Source: Thermoplasmata archaeon (lineage in GTDB: Archaea > Thermoplasmatota > SW-10-69-26 > JACQPN01 > JAJPHT01). Taken from it: a stretch of DNA of 64,000 bases. Location: the NCBI GenBank assembly GCA_034667685.1, contig JAXDQU010000021.1, positions 32,001-96,000 on the forward strand, written 5' to 3'. Below are positions 27,941 through 37,412 of this stretch, in pieces. Each line of letters begins with the position of its first letter. Position 1 is the stretch's first letter. The translations under genes were made by a program, and so were the position numbers. The notes under the pieces were generated by a model. The model had not been told where the DNA came from and ran no database searches. It saw nothing but the letters and a program-made list of their open reading frames with translations.

Positions 27941-28816
27941 TCACTTCGCGAGGAGTTTCGCGAGCTTGTCGAAGCCTTGGCCCCACCCGACGGTCGCCAT
28001 CTGGTGGTACTCGGGCGGCACGCCGGTCACCTCGACGATGAGGCGCGTGCGCTTGCCCTCGGGCACGATGCGCACGTCGAGCAGGAACGACTTGTCGGGG
28101 CTGCCGGTAACAAGGTGCGTGGGCGGCGCGAGGACGTGGAAGACGCCCTCCTGCGGGTTGCGGTTGCCGCCGGGCTGCGGCATGTCGAAGCGCACGCGGC
28201 CGCCCACGCGGACGTCGTACTCGTGGATCACGAGGTCCATGCCGGGCGCGGGGTTGAACCACTTCGCGTACTGCGCGGGATCGACCCACGCGTCCCAAAG
28301 CTCCTGCGGCGTCGCGTCGAACGCGCGCTCCAGGCGTAGCGCCTTGGCGTGCGGCTTGCGCTCCACGAGGCGCGCGATCTTGTCGGAGGCGGCCGTGAAG
28401 CCCTGCCTGGCCATGTCGAGCGGCACCGCGGCGGGCAGGCCGGTCTGCGTGAGCGTCATCTTCGTGCTGGGGCCGACGGCCTCCAGCCTCACCGTGATCG
28501 TCATCGGGTGGTCCGCGAAGACGTCGCTGCGCCCCTTGTTGTCCTGGTACTGCACCAGCTCGCGCGGAGGGTCGAGCTTGACGAACCAGAGCGTCTCCTC
28601 CGGGAGGGGCGTGCCGTCGGGCGCGTACATGGTGAAGCGGACCTTGCCGCCCACGCGCGCGTCGAGCTCGTGCACCTTCGCCTCGCCGAACGGGTTGATC
28701 CACTGCGCGAACGCCTCGGCGCGCGTGAACGCGTCCCAGACCTGCTGGGGCGTGGCGTCGAAGACGCGTTCGAGGTGGAGCGTCTGGCTTCCGGGTCGGG
28801 GTTGCGCGATCTGCAT
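27941..28816 (-). CDS. Tandem AHSA1/SRPBCC domain protein
   Basis: Two copies of LERxFDATPQxxWDA...D.RVGG. Confidence 0.9.
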   Translation of the reverse strand: MQIAQPRPGSQTLHLERVFDATPQQVWDAFTRAEAFAQWINPFGEAKVHELDARVGGKVRFTMYAPDGTPLPEETLWFVKLDPPRELVQYQDNKGRSDVFADHPMTITVRLEAVGPSTKMTLTQTGLPAAVPLDMARQGFTAASDKIARLVERKPHAKALRLERAFDATPQELWDAWVDPAQYAKWFNPAPGMDLVIHEYDVRVGGRVRFDMPQPGGNRNPQEGVFHVLAPPTHLVTGSPDKSFLLDVRIVPEGKRTRLIVEVTGVPPEYHQMATVGWGQGFDKLAKLLAK

Positions 28817-28817
28817 G

Positions 28818-29135
28818 TCACTTCACGTTCCTTCTCTGCTTCTCGAGGTGGGCCGCGAGCTTGTCGAAGCGCGCGTCCCAGATTGCGCGGTAGTCGTCCA
28901 TCCAGTCCACCAGCTCGCGGAACGGCTCGGGCCGCAGGGCGTAGTAGCGCCGCTGCGCCTCCTGCCGCACGCTCACGAACCCGGCCTCGTGCAGGATGCG
29001 GAGCTGCTTGGAGACGCCCGGCTGGTTGATGTCGACCTCGTCGACGAGGTCGTTGACGGAGCGTTCCCCGTCGCGCATCGCCCGGATCAGGCGCCTGCGG
29101 GTCGGGTCCGCCAGGATCTCGAAGAGATCGGCCAC
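28818..29135 (-). CDS. ArsR/SmtB family transcriptional regulator
   Basis: LADPTRRRLI...SVNDLV...QPGVSKQLRILHEAG. Confidence 0.92.
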   Translation of the reverse strand: MADLFEILADPTRRRLIRAMRDGERSVNDLVDEVDINQPGVSKQLRILHEAGFVSVRQEAQRRYYALRPEPFRELVDWMDDYRAIWDARFDKLAAHLEKQRRNVK

Positions 29136-29183
29136 AGCCCCCTATTATCGCTCATCAGGCATATTCCTTTCGAGCAATACTGA

Positions 29184-31865
29184 TCAGGCGAGCCGCACCG
29201 CGACGTTCCCGCCGTGCAGCACCGCGTCGTCGGGGACGTCCACGAGCGCCTGGTGGCCCCCGCCGGCGTCCACGAGCACCTGCGAGGTGGGCACGACGAT
29301 CGTGTTCGTGCCGCCGTGCTTCGCGTCGAGGAAGCCCACCGTGCCGTAGGGGAACACGAGGTCGAACGCGCCGTCGGGGCCCGCCGTGGTCGAGACGTGC
29401 GCCTGGAAGGGGCGCGTGACGTTGCCCGGCTGGCGCACCTGGAGGTTGATCGCGGCCGTGACGCGCGCGCCCGGCGTCGCCGTGCCGGTGAGGTGCGCGC
29501 CCGCCACGCGCTCGAAGAGCTTCAGGCGCGACTGCACGTTGAGGTCGTAGGCGTTGGTGTCGGAGGCGACGCTGAGCACCGTGCCGGGCTGATAGCGCGA
29601 CGCGGCGACGGGATCGATGTTCACGGGGCAGCTCCCACTCCGCACGATGTCGTGGAAGCAGCGCACCTGGCCGTTCTGGTCCACCACGTCGCCCATGAGG
29701 TTGTAGCCCGGGTCCTCCCAGACGAGGCGGTAGTGCGAGAGGTCCGCGCCGTCCTGGTCGTAGAGCCGGCCCATCATGCTCTCGGTGTACTCGGGGCCGG
29801 GCGTGTAGAGCTGTTTGCTGGTGCCATCCGCCATCTGATAGCTTTTCTGCGTGACGAACCCGCCGTCGGCCCACTGGTCGCGGCTCGCGTTGTTCGTGTG
29901 GGCCCAGACGGTGATCGCGCCGAACTTGCCGGTCGCCATCTCGTCGTCGATGAACACGTAGCGCACGGGCGGCTTGCCCTGCTCCCAGTCGGTGAGCAGC
30001 TTCTCGGCCTGCGCGGGGTCGCGCTCGGTGAACCAGATGGACGCGAAGGGCGCGGCCTGCTGGAAGGGGTTCGCGACGGGCGGGCGCTCGGCGAGCGTCT
30101 CGATCCAGAAGCCGTAGTCCCACCATGATAGCACGCCGTAGGCGTTGGGTGGATAGTCGGGCAGCGCGCCCAGGGGCGGCGTCGGGTAGACCTTGCCCAG
30201 GTCGACGCCAGCATCGGGCGTGTTGTCGCGCATCCATTCGAGCGCGGGCTGCCACTTCCACAGGTCGCCCGGGCTCGCGGCGGCCGCCGCCACCTGCCAG
30301 CCGGGCACCGCGCCGTTGGAGGCGAACACGTTGCCCGGAAGCACGAGAAGGAGCACCGCGGCGACGCAGAGGGCGCGCAGGGGCGTCACGCCGGTGCTGC
30401 GCGCGCTGGCCGCCTTGGCCTTGCGTCCGCGCGCGGGCTTGCCGGCCGCCTTCGTGGCCGCCTCGTCCTCGGACGGCGTCAGGCCCACGGCCTCGCCGAT
30501 GCGCGCGGCGAGCCAGCCGGTGAGCAGCGCGAGGCTGATGGCGAGGTAGTGCGCGAAGTGCGCCTGCGTCGCGGTGGCCTGGAAGATGAGCGCGCTCCAG
30601 ACGAGGAGCAGCACGTCGGCCGGCCGCCGCTTCCAGAGGGTCCAGAGCAGGAGCAGCGCGAGGATGACCACGCCCAGGTACGTGAGCGGGCCGTAGTTCG
30701 CCGCGAGGCAGCTCTGGGTCCGCGTCGGGTCGCAGAAGAACTCCGCGCTGCGCGCCTCGCTGATGGTGAGCGTCGTGCGCGTCACGCCGATGCCGGAGAC
30801 CCAGCTCAAGCCCCAGCGGATGCTGCCCAGGAAGTTCGAGGGGATCGTGAAGATCGCGACGACGGCCGCCACGAAGATGCCGGCGAATCCGGCGGGGACG
30901 GCCCAGCGCGGCCAGCCCGCGTCGCGCGCGCGCCGCGAGGCGACGTAGATCACCAGGACGCCGATCGCGCTCGCGAAGCACGCCAGCGGGTGGAGGATGC
31001 CGTACGTCGTGAACTCGCCCAGGTACGTCGACTCGATGACGGGGACCATCAGCGCGCCGGTGATCGCGAGCACGAGCGCGCCGCCCGCGGCGTAGCCCAG
31101 CGCGTCCTGCCCCTGCGCCTCCTTGAGCAGCACGACGACGCCCAGCCAGACCGCGGCGATGGCGACGAAGAGGATGCCCGGGGGCCACACGTAGAGGTTC
31201 GCCGCGAACGCGACGCCGCCCACGAGCGTCCAGAGCAGCGGCAGGCGCAGCGCGCGCCAGTCGCGGGCCCGCAGCGCGTCGCGCGCGGCGTGCATGCGCT
31301 CGACGGCGATGAGGAGGCCGAGCATGGCGAGGATCGCGGCGAGGTCCTGCGGGCCGTCGTGGTCGGTCGAGCCGATGATGCTGCGGTAGAGGAAGTCGCC
31401 CGGCAGGACCGCGAGCGTCAGCGTGGCGACGATGGCGCCGGGCCGTCCCATCAGGCGGCGCGCCAGGTAGTAGAACGGGATGATGAGCAGCGAGCCGATG
31501 ATCGGCGGCGCCCACGCCAGGTCGCGCGCGATGATCAAGTCGGGCGCGCCCTTCCCGCCGTCGAAGAGCACGACGAACGCCGCCACGAGCCAGTCGTAGA
31601 GCGTGCCGAACTGCCCGGTGGTCGTGCCGTGCGGGTAGAACGTCCACGGGTCGAAGCGCGGGATCGCGGGGAACGCGCGCACGGCGCCCACCGTCTCGCG
31701 GAAGTGGTAGATGTCGTCCGGGTCCTGGCCCAGCGGGATGCCCCCGCCGCTGAACAGGATGTCATGGCCCAGCGTGCGGATCCAGAGCATGAAGAGCGCC
31801 AGGACGACCAGCAGCGGGATCTCCCAGACGATCGGTCGGCGCAGCCACGCGGGGGCCTCGGCCAT
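29184..31865 (-). CDS. aglB: Archaeal oligosaccharyltransferase (STT3 homologue)
   Basis: DDIYH, DHD, TISE, SWWDYG, VANPFQQ; multi-TM N-terminus. Confidence 0.95.
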   Translation of the reverse strand: MAEAPAWLRRPIVWEIPLLVVLALFMLWIRTLGHDILFSGGGIPLGQDPDDIYHFRETVGAVRAFPAIPRFDPWTFYPHGTTTGQFGTLYDWLVAAFVVLFDGGKGAPDLIIARDLAWAPPIIGSLLIIPFYYLARRLMGRPGAIVATLTLAVLPGDFLYRSIIGSTDHDGPQDLAAILAMLGLLIAVERMHAARDALRARDWRALRLPLLWTLVGGVAFAANLYVWPPGILFVAIAAVWLGVVVLLKEAQGQDALGYAAGGALVLAITGALMVPVIESTYLGEFTTYGILHPLACFASAIGVLVIYVASRRARDAGWPRWAVPAGFAGIFVAAVVAIFTIPSNFLGSIRWGLSWVSGIGVTRTTLTISEARSAEFFCDPTRTQSCLAANYGPLTYLGVVILALLLLWTLWKRRPADVLLLVWSALIFQATATQAHFAHYLAISLALLTGWLAARIGEAVGLTPSEDEAATKAAGKPARGRKAKAASARSTGVTPLRALCVAAVLLLVLPGNVFASNGAVPGWQVAAAAASPGDLWKWQPALEWMRDNTPDAGVDLGKVYPTPPLGALPDYPPNAYGVLSWWDYGFWIETLAERPPVANPFQQAAPFASIWFTERDPAQAEKLLTDWEQGKPPVRYVFIDDEMATGKFGAITVWAHTNNASRDQWADGGFVTQKSYQMADGTSKQLYTPGPEYTESMMGRLYDQDGADLSHYRLVWEDPGYNLMGDVVDQNGQVRCFHDIVRSGSCPVNIDPVAASRYQPGTVLSVASDTNAYDLNVQSRLKLFERVAGAHLTGTATPGARVTAAINLQVRQPGNVTRPFQAHVSTTAGPDGAFDLVFPYGTVGFLDAKHGGTNTIVVPTSQVLVDAGGGHQALVDVPDDAVLHGGNVAVRLA

Positions 31866-31911
31866 CGCGCGGCGACCCGCCCCGGGCCGTTTCAGGGTTT
31901 CCGTTGAGATT

Positions 31912-32152
31912 CCCGAGCCCTCTTCGAGCCCAAGCCTCAGCCTCAGCCTCAGCCTCAGCCTCAGCCTCAGCCTCAGCCTCCATCCTTTCAGCCACAGAGG
32001 ACACAGAGGTCACGGAGGAACGAGAAAAAAAAATCGCCTCTGTGACCTCTGTGTCCTCTGTGGCTGGAGGAGTCAGGGCAACAGGCTAGGGCTGAGGCTG
32101 AGGCTGAGGCTGAAGGCTCGGGCTAAGGCTAAGGCGGAGGCTGGGGCTCGGG
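31912..32152. repeat. Triple-nested palindrome: family H ends, (AGCCTC)8/(GAGGCT)n arms and a family A core (31989-32066)
   Basis: Read directly; lies between divergent aglB and the HD-domain gene. Confidence 0.9.
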
Positions 32153-32157
32153 TGCGC

Positions 32158-32712
32158 ATGGACGAGGGCCTGCTCGCCTTCCTGCTGCGCGCCGAGGGGA
32201 TCAAGGACCGGCCGCGCCGCGGTTGGCTGCGGGCCGGCGTCGCGCGCCCCGAGAGCGTGGCGGACCATGCGTGGGGCGTCGCGATGCTGGCGCTCCTGGC
32301 GCCCGCGCCGGGCGTCGACCGCGCGCGGGCCGTGGAGCTGGCGCTGCTGCACGACGTCTGCGAGGCGGCGGTGGGCGACCTGGTGCCGGGCGAGTACGCG
32401 AGCCGCGAGGCGAAGCTGGCGGTGGAGCGCGCTGGTCTGGAGGAGATGCTGCGCGGAGCGCCTTCGGCCCTCCGTGCGCGGGTCCTCGATGCGTTCGATG
32501 AGCTGGCGCGCGACGCGACGCCCGAGGCGCGCTTCGTCCACGCGATGGACAAGGTGGAGATGGCGCTCCAGGCGCGGCGCTACGAGGATCGCGGCGTCGC
32601 GTCCGACGCGCTCGCATCCTTCCGGGCGAGCGCCCGCGCCAGCGCGCCCGGGCACGCCGAGGCGCTCGACGCGCTCGTCCGAGGATCCGGCCAGAAGGCC
32701 GACCTACCATGA
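32158..32712 (+). CDS. HD-domain hydrolase (YfbR/5'-deoxynucleotidase-like)
   Basis: RRGW...ESVADH, LLHD..E...GD, DKVE. Confidence 0.88.
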   Translation: MDEGLLAFLLRAEGIKDRPRRGWLRAGVARPESVADHAWGVAMLALLAPAPGVDRARAVELALLHDVCEAAVGDLVPGEYASREAKLAVERAGLEEMLRGAPSALRARVLDAFDELARDATPEARFVHAMDKVEMALQARRYEDRGVASDALASFRASARASAPGHAEALDALVRGSGQKADLP

Positions 32713-32897
32713 GCGGCCCCCGGGGGCGCATGACCGAGCGCGAGAGCAAGAGCGGCTACGGCGAGAAGGGGCGCGACTTCCTGGAGAAGGAGATCAAGCA
32801 CCACGTCGAGGACAAGGGCATGCCCCAGGACCAGGCCGTCGCTGCGGCGATGAGCGAGGCCCGCAAGAAGGGGTACAAGGTCCCGGACGAGAAGTAG
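32709..32897 (+). CDS. Small basic protein (DUF6496-like)
   Basis: QAVAAAMSEARKKGYKVP C-terminal motif. Confidence 0.65.
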   Translation: MSGPRGRMTERESKSGYGEKGRDFLEKEIKHHVEDKGMPQDQAVAAAMSEARKKGYKVPDEK

Positions 32898-33067
32898 ACC
32901 GCTTTCGGTGGGCCCGAAGGGTCCTGCTGCCGCCGCCTGGAGCGTGAGGCGCTGAAGCTCACGCCCGAGGGCGGCCACGTCACGCTCCGCGCGCCAGGAC
33001 GGGGAGGGCGCCCTTCCCGCAAGACGCGGCCGAATGGCTCATGGGGCCCCCGCCCGATCCGCGCCGC

Positions 33068-34249
33068 ATGACGTCCGACCTGGCCCCGCGCCTCTCGCAG
33101 CGCGCCGGCCTCTTCCCCGAGAGCGTGATCCGCGAGATGACGCGCCACGCGAACGCGCACGGTGCGGTCAACCTCGCGCAGGGCTTCCCGGACTGGAATC
33201 CGCCCGCGGAGGTCGTCGCCGCCGCGAAGGAGGCGCTCGACGGCCCGTTCAACCAGTACGCGATCACGTGGGGCGCGCCGCCGCTGCGCCAGGCCATCGC
33301 GCAGAAGATGAAGTGGTTCAACGCCGTGGACGTGGACCCCGAGACCGAGATCGTCGTCACGTGCGGCGCCACCGAGGCGATGATGGCGATCATGCTCGCG
33401 ATCGTGGACCCGGGCGACGAGGTCATCGTCTTCGAGCCCTTCTACGAGAACTACGGGCCCGACGCGGTGCTCTCAGGCGCGTCGCTCCGCTTCGTGCCGC
33501 TCCGGCCCGAGCGCGGCTTCCGCTTCGACCCCGAGGAATTGAAGGCCGCGTTCACGAGCAGGACGAAGGCGATCATCGTCAACACGCCCGCGAACCCCGC
33601 CGGCACCGTGTTCACGAAGGAGGAGCTGACGCTCATCGGCGACCTTTGCCGCCAGCACCGCGCGTTCCTCGTCACCGACGAGATCTACGAGCACATCCTC
33701 TATGACGACCGCAAGCACGTGGCGCCCATCGGCCTGCCCGGCCTGCGCGACGTCGTCATCATGGTCAGCGGCGCGTCGAAGACGTACAGCATGACCGGCT
33801 GGCGCGTCGCGTGGGTCGTCGCGCGCCCCGAGGTGATCCAGGCCGTGCGCCGCACGCACGACTTCCTCACCGTGGGCGCGCCGCACCCCTTGCAGATGGG
33901 CGTCGCCAAGGCGCTGGCGCTCCCGCCGGCCTACTACGAGCAGCTCGCGAAGGACTATGGCGCGAAGCGCGAGTTCCTCGTGGGCGCGCTGCGCAAGGCC
34001 GGGTTCCAGGTGGAGAAGCCCGAGGGCGCGTACTACGTCATGGCCGACTTCCGCGCGCTGGCTCCCCAGAAGGACATGGACGACCGCGGGTTCGCCATGT
34101 GGCTCGTCAAGGACGTGGGCCTGGCGGGCGTCCCGGCCTCCTCGTTCTTCTCGCGCAAGGCGCTCGGCCGGAACCACATCCGATTCCACTTCGCCAAGAG
34201 CATGCCCACGCTGGAGGCCGGCGCGGCCAGGCTCGCCAAGCTCGCTTAA
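33068..34249 (+). CDS. PLP-dependent class I aminotransferase (YbdL/kynurenine aminotransferase-like)
   Basis: NLAQGFPD, NTPANPAG, DEIYEH, SKTYSMTGWRV, RFHFAK. Confidence 0.92.
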   Translation: MTSDLAPRLSQRAGLFPESVIREMTRHANAHGAVNLAQGFPDWNPPAEVVAAAKEALDGPFNQYAITWGAPPLRQAIAQKMKWFNAVDVDPETEIVVTCGATEAMMAIMLAIVDPGDEVIVFEPFYENYGPDAVLSGASLRFVPLRPERGFRFDPEELKAAFTSRTKAIIVNTPANPAGTVFTKEELTLIGDLCRQHRAFLVTDEIYEHILYDDRKHVAPIGLPGLRDVVIMVSGASKTYSMTGWRVAWVVARPEVIQAVRRTHDFLTVGAPHPLQMGVAKALALPPAYYEQLAKDYGAKREFLVGALRKAGFQVEKPEGAYYVMADFRALAPQKDMDDRGFAMWLVKDVGLAGVPASSFFSRKALGRNHIRFHFAKSMPTLEAGAARLAKLA

Positions 34250-34273
34250 ACCTCGTCGGGGCGATGCGGGCCC

Positions 34274-35113
34274 ATGCCCTCCAACGGCAAGACCGCCCTC
34301 GTCACGGGCGCGGCGTCCGGCATCGGCAAGGCGACGGCGACCGGCCTCGCGCGCGACGGCTACCACGTCGTGCTCGTGGTGCGCAACGCGAAGCGCGGCG
34401 ACGAAGCGACCCGCGACCTCAAGGCCGCCGTCCCGGGCGCCTCGGTCGAGGTCCTCGCGTGCGACCTCTCCTCCCAGGCGTCGATCCGCGAGGCGGCCTC
34501 CGCGTTCCTGCAGCGCCACGACAAGCTCCACGTCCTCGTGAACGCCGCCGGCGTCTTCCGCAAGGAGCGCCACGTCACGCCCGACGGCCTGGAGGAGACG
34601 TTCGCGACGAACTACATGGCCTACTTCCTGCTCACGAACCTGCTCCAGGACGCGCTGAAGCGCGGCGCCCCCTCGCGCGTCGTCAACGTCTCGTCGCGCT
34701 ACGGCGGGACCAAGCTCGACTTCGACGACCTCCAGACGGCCAAGGGCAAGTACTCGTTCATGCGCTCGACGCCCCGGACGATGCTCGCGCGCGTGCTCTT
34801 CACGCAAGCGATGGCCGAGCGCCTGAAGGGCAAGGGCGTCACGGTCAACACGCTCCACCCCGGCCTCGTGAAGAACACCGTCCTCCTGAACGACGTGGGC
34901 GGCTTCTTCCGCTGGGTCACGAACATGCTCGGCAAGCCCGCCGAGGTCGGCGCGGACACCGTGCTCTGGCTCGCCACCTCCTCCGAGGTCGAAGGCGTGA
35001 CGGGCAAGATGTTCGCCAACCGCAAGGAGATCGCCACCCCCGGCATGGGCAGCGACCCCGCGGCGCGCCAGCGGCTCTGGGACGAGAGCGTGAAGCTCGC
35101 GAAAATGGCATGA
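34274..35113 (+). CDS. Retinol-dehydrogenase-like SDR lacking the canonical YxxxK
   Basis: TGAASGIG, CDLSS, NAAG, VVNVSS, LHPGLV; STPRTMLAR where AYxxSKLAN is expected. Confidence 0.85.
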   Translation: MPSNGKTALVTGAASGIGKATATGLARDGYHVVLVVRNAKRGDEATRDLKAAVPGASVEVLACDLSSQASIREAASAFLQRHDKLHVLVNAAGVFRKERHVTPDGLEETFATNYMAYFLLTNLLQDALKRGAPSRVVNVSSRYGGTKLDFDDLQTAKGKYSFMRSTPRTMLARVLFTQAMAERLKGKGVTVNTLHPGLVKNTVLLNDVGGFFRWVTNMLGKPAEVGADTVLWLATSSEVEGVTGKMFANRKEIATPGMGSDPAARQRLWDESVKLAKMA

Positions 35114-35718
35114 GCCTCGCGGAACGATATCAGGACGTCGCGCGCCGCGTGGACGGCCGCGCCCGCCTCGTTGCCGTGGGCAAGAGCCATCCCGTCTCTG
35201 CGCTCCAGGAACTCTACGCCCTGGGCCAGCGCGACTTCGGCGAGAACCGCGTCGACGAGCTGCGCGCCAAGGCGCAGGCGCTGCCGCCCGACGCGCGCTG
35301 GCACTTCCTGGGCAACCTCCAGCGCAACAAGCTCAAGGTCCTCCTGGAGACGGGCGCGCTGATCCACAGCTTCGACCGCGACGAGCTCGCGCCGCTCCTG
35401 CGCGACCACCCCGTCCTCGTGCAGGTCGACTTCGGCACCGGACGCAACGGCGTCGCGCCCGAGCGCATCGAGGAGACGCTGCTCGCCCTCTCGCACGCCG
35501 GCGTCCCCGCCGTGGGCCTCATGCTGCTCCCGCCGCGCGGCGAGGACCCGCAGCCCCACTTCCGGCGCCTGCGCGCGCTGCGCGACGAGCTGCTGCCACG
35601 CTGGCCGTTCCTCGTCGAATTGTCGATGGGGATGAGCGAGGACTTCGAGGCGGCGCTGGAGGAGGGCGCGACGATGGTGCGCGTGGGGCGGGCGATCTTC
35701 GGCGAGCGCGGCGCCTGA
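35110..35718 (+). CDS. yggS: YggS-family pyridoxal phosphate homeostasis protein
   Basis: LVAVGK, FGENRV, WHFLGNLQRNK, LSMGMSEDF..A..EGATMVRVGRAIFG. Confidence 0.92.
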   Translation: MSLAERYQDVARRVDGRARLVAVGKSHPVSALQELYALGQRDFGENRVDELRAKAQALPPDARWHFLGNLQRNKLKVLLETGALIHSFDRDELAPLLRDHPVLVQVDFGTGRNGVAPERIEETLLALSHAGVPAVGLMLLPPRGEDPQPHFRRLRALRDELLPRWPFLVELSMGMSEDFEAALEEGATMVRVGRAIFGERGA

Positions 35719-35772
35719 GCTTCTTGCACGAAAGCCGGCGGTCGAAGCCTCCGACGCTTTTGCACGTTGGCT

Positions 35773-35865
35773 TGGGCCGCCTCCGGCGGGGAAAGACGGA
35801 ATCTCCGAATCTCGGAATCCCCGCAAGAAAGTCTTGGCGGAGATTCCGCGATTCGGAGATTCCGT
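35773..35865. repeat. Palindromic element, family E (GAATCTCC units) with TGGGCCGCCTCCGGCGG leader
   Basis: ACGGAATCTCCGAATC...GATTCGGAGATTCCGT; 17-mer leader shared with the copy at 45703. Confidence 0.85.
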
Positions 35866-35947
35866 TGTTTTCCGTGCGGAGCGCGTCCACAACCAGAGGG
35901 CAGCTTCGGAGGGTTCGGCCGTCGGCCCTCGTGCAGAGGCGCGCAGA

Positions 35948-36166
35948 TCAGCCCGTGTCGTCGTCCTCGCGCCGCGCGATGGCGTCCTTCACGCGCGAAG
36001 GAACGCCCGGCCGCGAGCCGCCGATCTGCTCCTCGGCCGGGTACTGCGTGGGTGGCGGCGCCTGCGTCTCGTCGGCGGCAGCTCGCTCGTCCTGGACGCT
36101 CGCGCGGCGCGCGTGCTCCATGTCGCCGATCTTTCCTTCGGGGCGGTGCGGGTTGTGTCCGGGCAT
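35948..36166 (-). CDS. Small hydrophilic hypothetical protein
   Basis: 72-aa ATG ORF with typical codon usage filling the gap. Confidence 0.5.
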   Translation of the reverse strand: MPGHNPHRPEGKIGDMEHARRASVQDERAAADETQAPPPTQYPAEEQIGGSRPGVPSRVKDAIARREDDDTG

Positions 36167-36211
36167 GGGGCGCGGATGGCCGCGCGCGGGGACCTCGCTT
36201 CTGGCCGGCGG

Positions 36212-37213
36212 CTAGATGCCGCGGAGCTTCATGACGGCTTGGTCGTGGTACTGGTGGTCGGCCACGGCCCAGGCGCCCTGCGCGTCGTAATCGGGGAGCG
36301 TGCCGGCCGCCGCGTGCGCCTGGAGGGCGGGCCACTGCGCGTTGAGCAGGAAGCCCATGCCTTCGCGCGCGTAGGGGCTCGTGACGCTGTTGCTCGCGCT
36401 GAAGAGGATCAGGTCGTAGACGTGGTCGCGGTCCGCGGGCTGGCCGTTGGCGCGCGCGATCTCGATGGCCTTGCCCGCCATGCCCGCGACGAGGGGCGCC
36501 GCGAAGCTCGTGCCGCTCTCCTGGACGTAGCCCGCCGTGTTGGCCTTCGCGATGCAGACGTTGTCGCTCCAGCTCGTGACGTCGGGGTCCGTGTTGCCGG
36601 TGGTCGAACCCACGGTGCCGCCGCCGCGGTTGCCGCCGCCCACCGAGAGGACGTTGGGGTCGTCGGCGAAGGACGAGAGCCACGAGGGGTAGGGCGCGGT
36701 GCCGTAGTTGAGCAGTCCGTTGCCCGCGGAGACGACCACGAGCACGCCGGCCGCGCGGGCGTCGCGGATCGCGGGGTCGGGCGAGCTGGGCAGCGGGACG
36801 CTCGTGCCGATGCTGATGCTGATGACGTCGGCGTCCTGCGCCACGGCCCAGCGGATCGCGTCGTCGATGCTTCCGACGATGCTGCCCGCGTCGTTGCCCA
36901 CGCGCGCGATGACGAGCGAGGCGCCCGGCGCGAAGGAGAGCTTGCGCAGCCCGCCGCACCCGCCCACGTCGAGGCCCGCCACGAGGCTCGCGGTGCCCGT
37001 GCCGTGGCCGAAGCCGTCCTTGGGCGTCGGGCTCGCCTCGGGCGTGAAGTCCTTCCACGCCACGACCTGCCCGGGCGCGAACTCGGGGTGCGCCGCGTCG
37101 ATGCCCGTGTCCACCAGCGCGATGCGCAGCGGCTTGGGCGTGGTGACGGCGCCGCCCGGCGGGACGCACAGGCTGGCGAGGAGGAGCACGGCGAGGACGA
37201 GGACGGCCCGCAT
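36212..37213 (-). CDS. Secreted S8 subtilisin-like serine peptidase
   Basis: VDTGID, GHGTGTA, SAGN, SGTSFAAP; signal peptide. Confidence 0.92.
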   Translation of the reverse strand: MRAVLVLAVLLLASLCVPPGGAVTTPKPLRIALVDTGIDAAHPEFAPGQVVAWKDFTPEASPTPKDGFGHGTGTASLVAGLDVGGCGGLRKLSFAPGASLVIARVGNDAGSIVGSIDDAIRWAVAQDADVISISIGTSVPLPSSPDPAIRDARAAGVLVVVSAGNGLLNYGTAPYPSWLSSFADDPNVLSVGGGNRGGGTVGSTTGNTDPDVTSWSDNVCIAKANTAGYVQESGTSFAAPLVAGMAGKAIEIARANGQPADRDHVYDLILFSASNSVTSPYAREGMGFLLNAQWPALQAHAAAGTLPDYDAQGAWAVADHQYHDQAVMKLRGI

Positions 37214-37257
37214 GGCGCTCCATCCCTTCGCGCGGGGATGAAGGCGTTCCCGAATCC

Positions 37258-37407
37258 CTATCGGACGAGCGTGGGCCCCTCGACGAGCCGCGCCCCCTTC
37301 GCCGCGGCGTTGCGCTCCGCCCGCGCCGCCTCGCCGTTGCCGGCCGCGAGGACGTTGGTCTCGCGCGAGCCGTCCGGCCGCTGGGTCATGTAGCGCCAAA
37401 GGGCCAT
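37258..37407 (-). CDS. Possible 49-aa protein
   Basis: ATG ORF (MALWRYMTQRPDG...) filling the space between two co-oriented peptidase genes. Confidence 0.35.
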   Translation of the reverse strand: MALWRYMTQRPDGSRETNVLAAGNGEAARAERNAAAKGARLVEGPTLVR

Positions 37408-37412
37408 CGGGC

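Noticed and set aside
31711-32157. Poly-(SL), poly-(AE) and poly-(LR) peptides
   Set aside because: Translation of the AGCCTC hexamer repeat in an intergenic palindrome.
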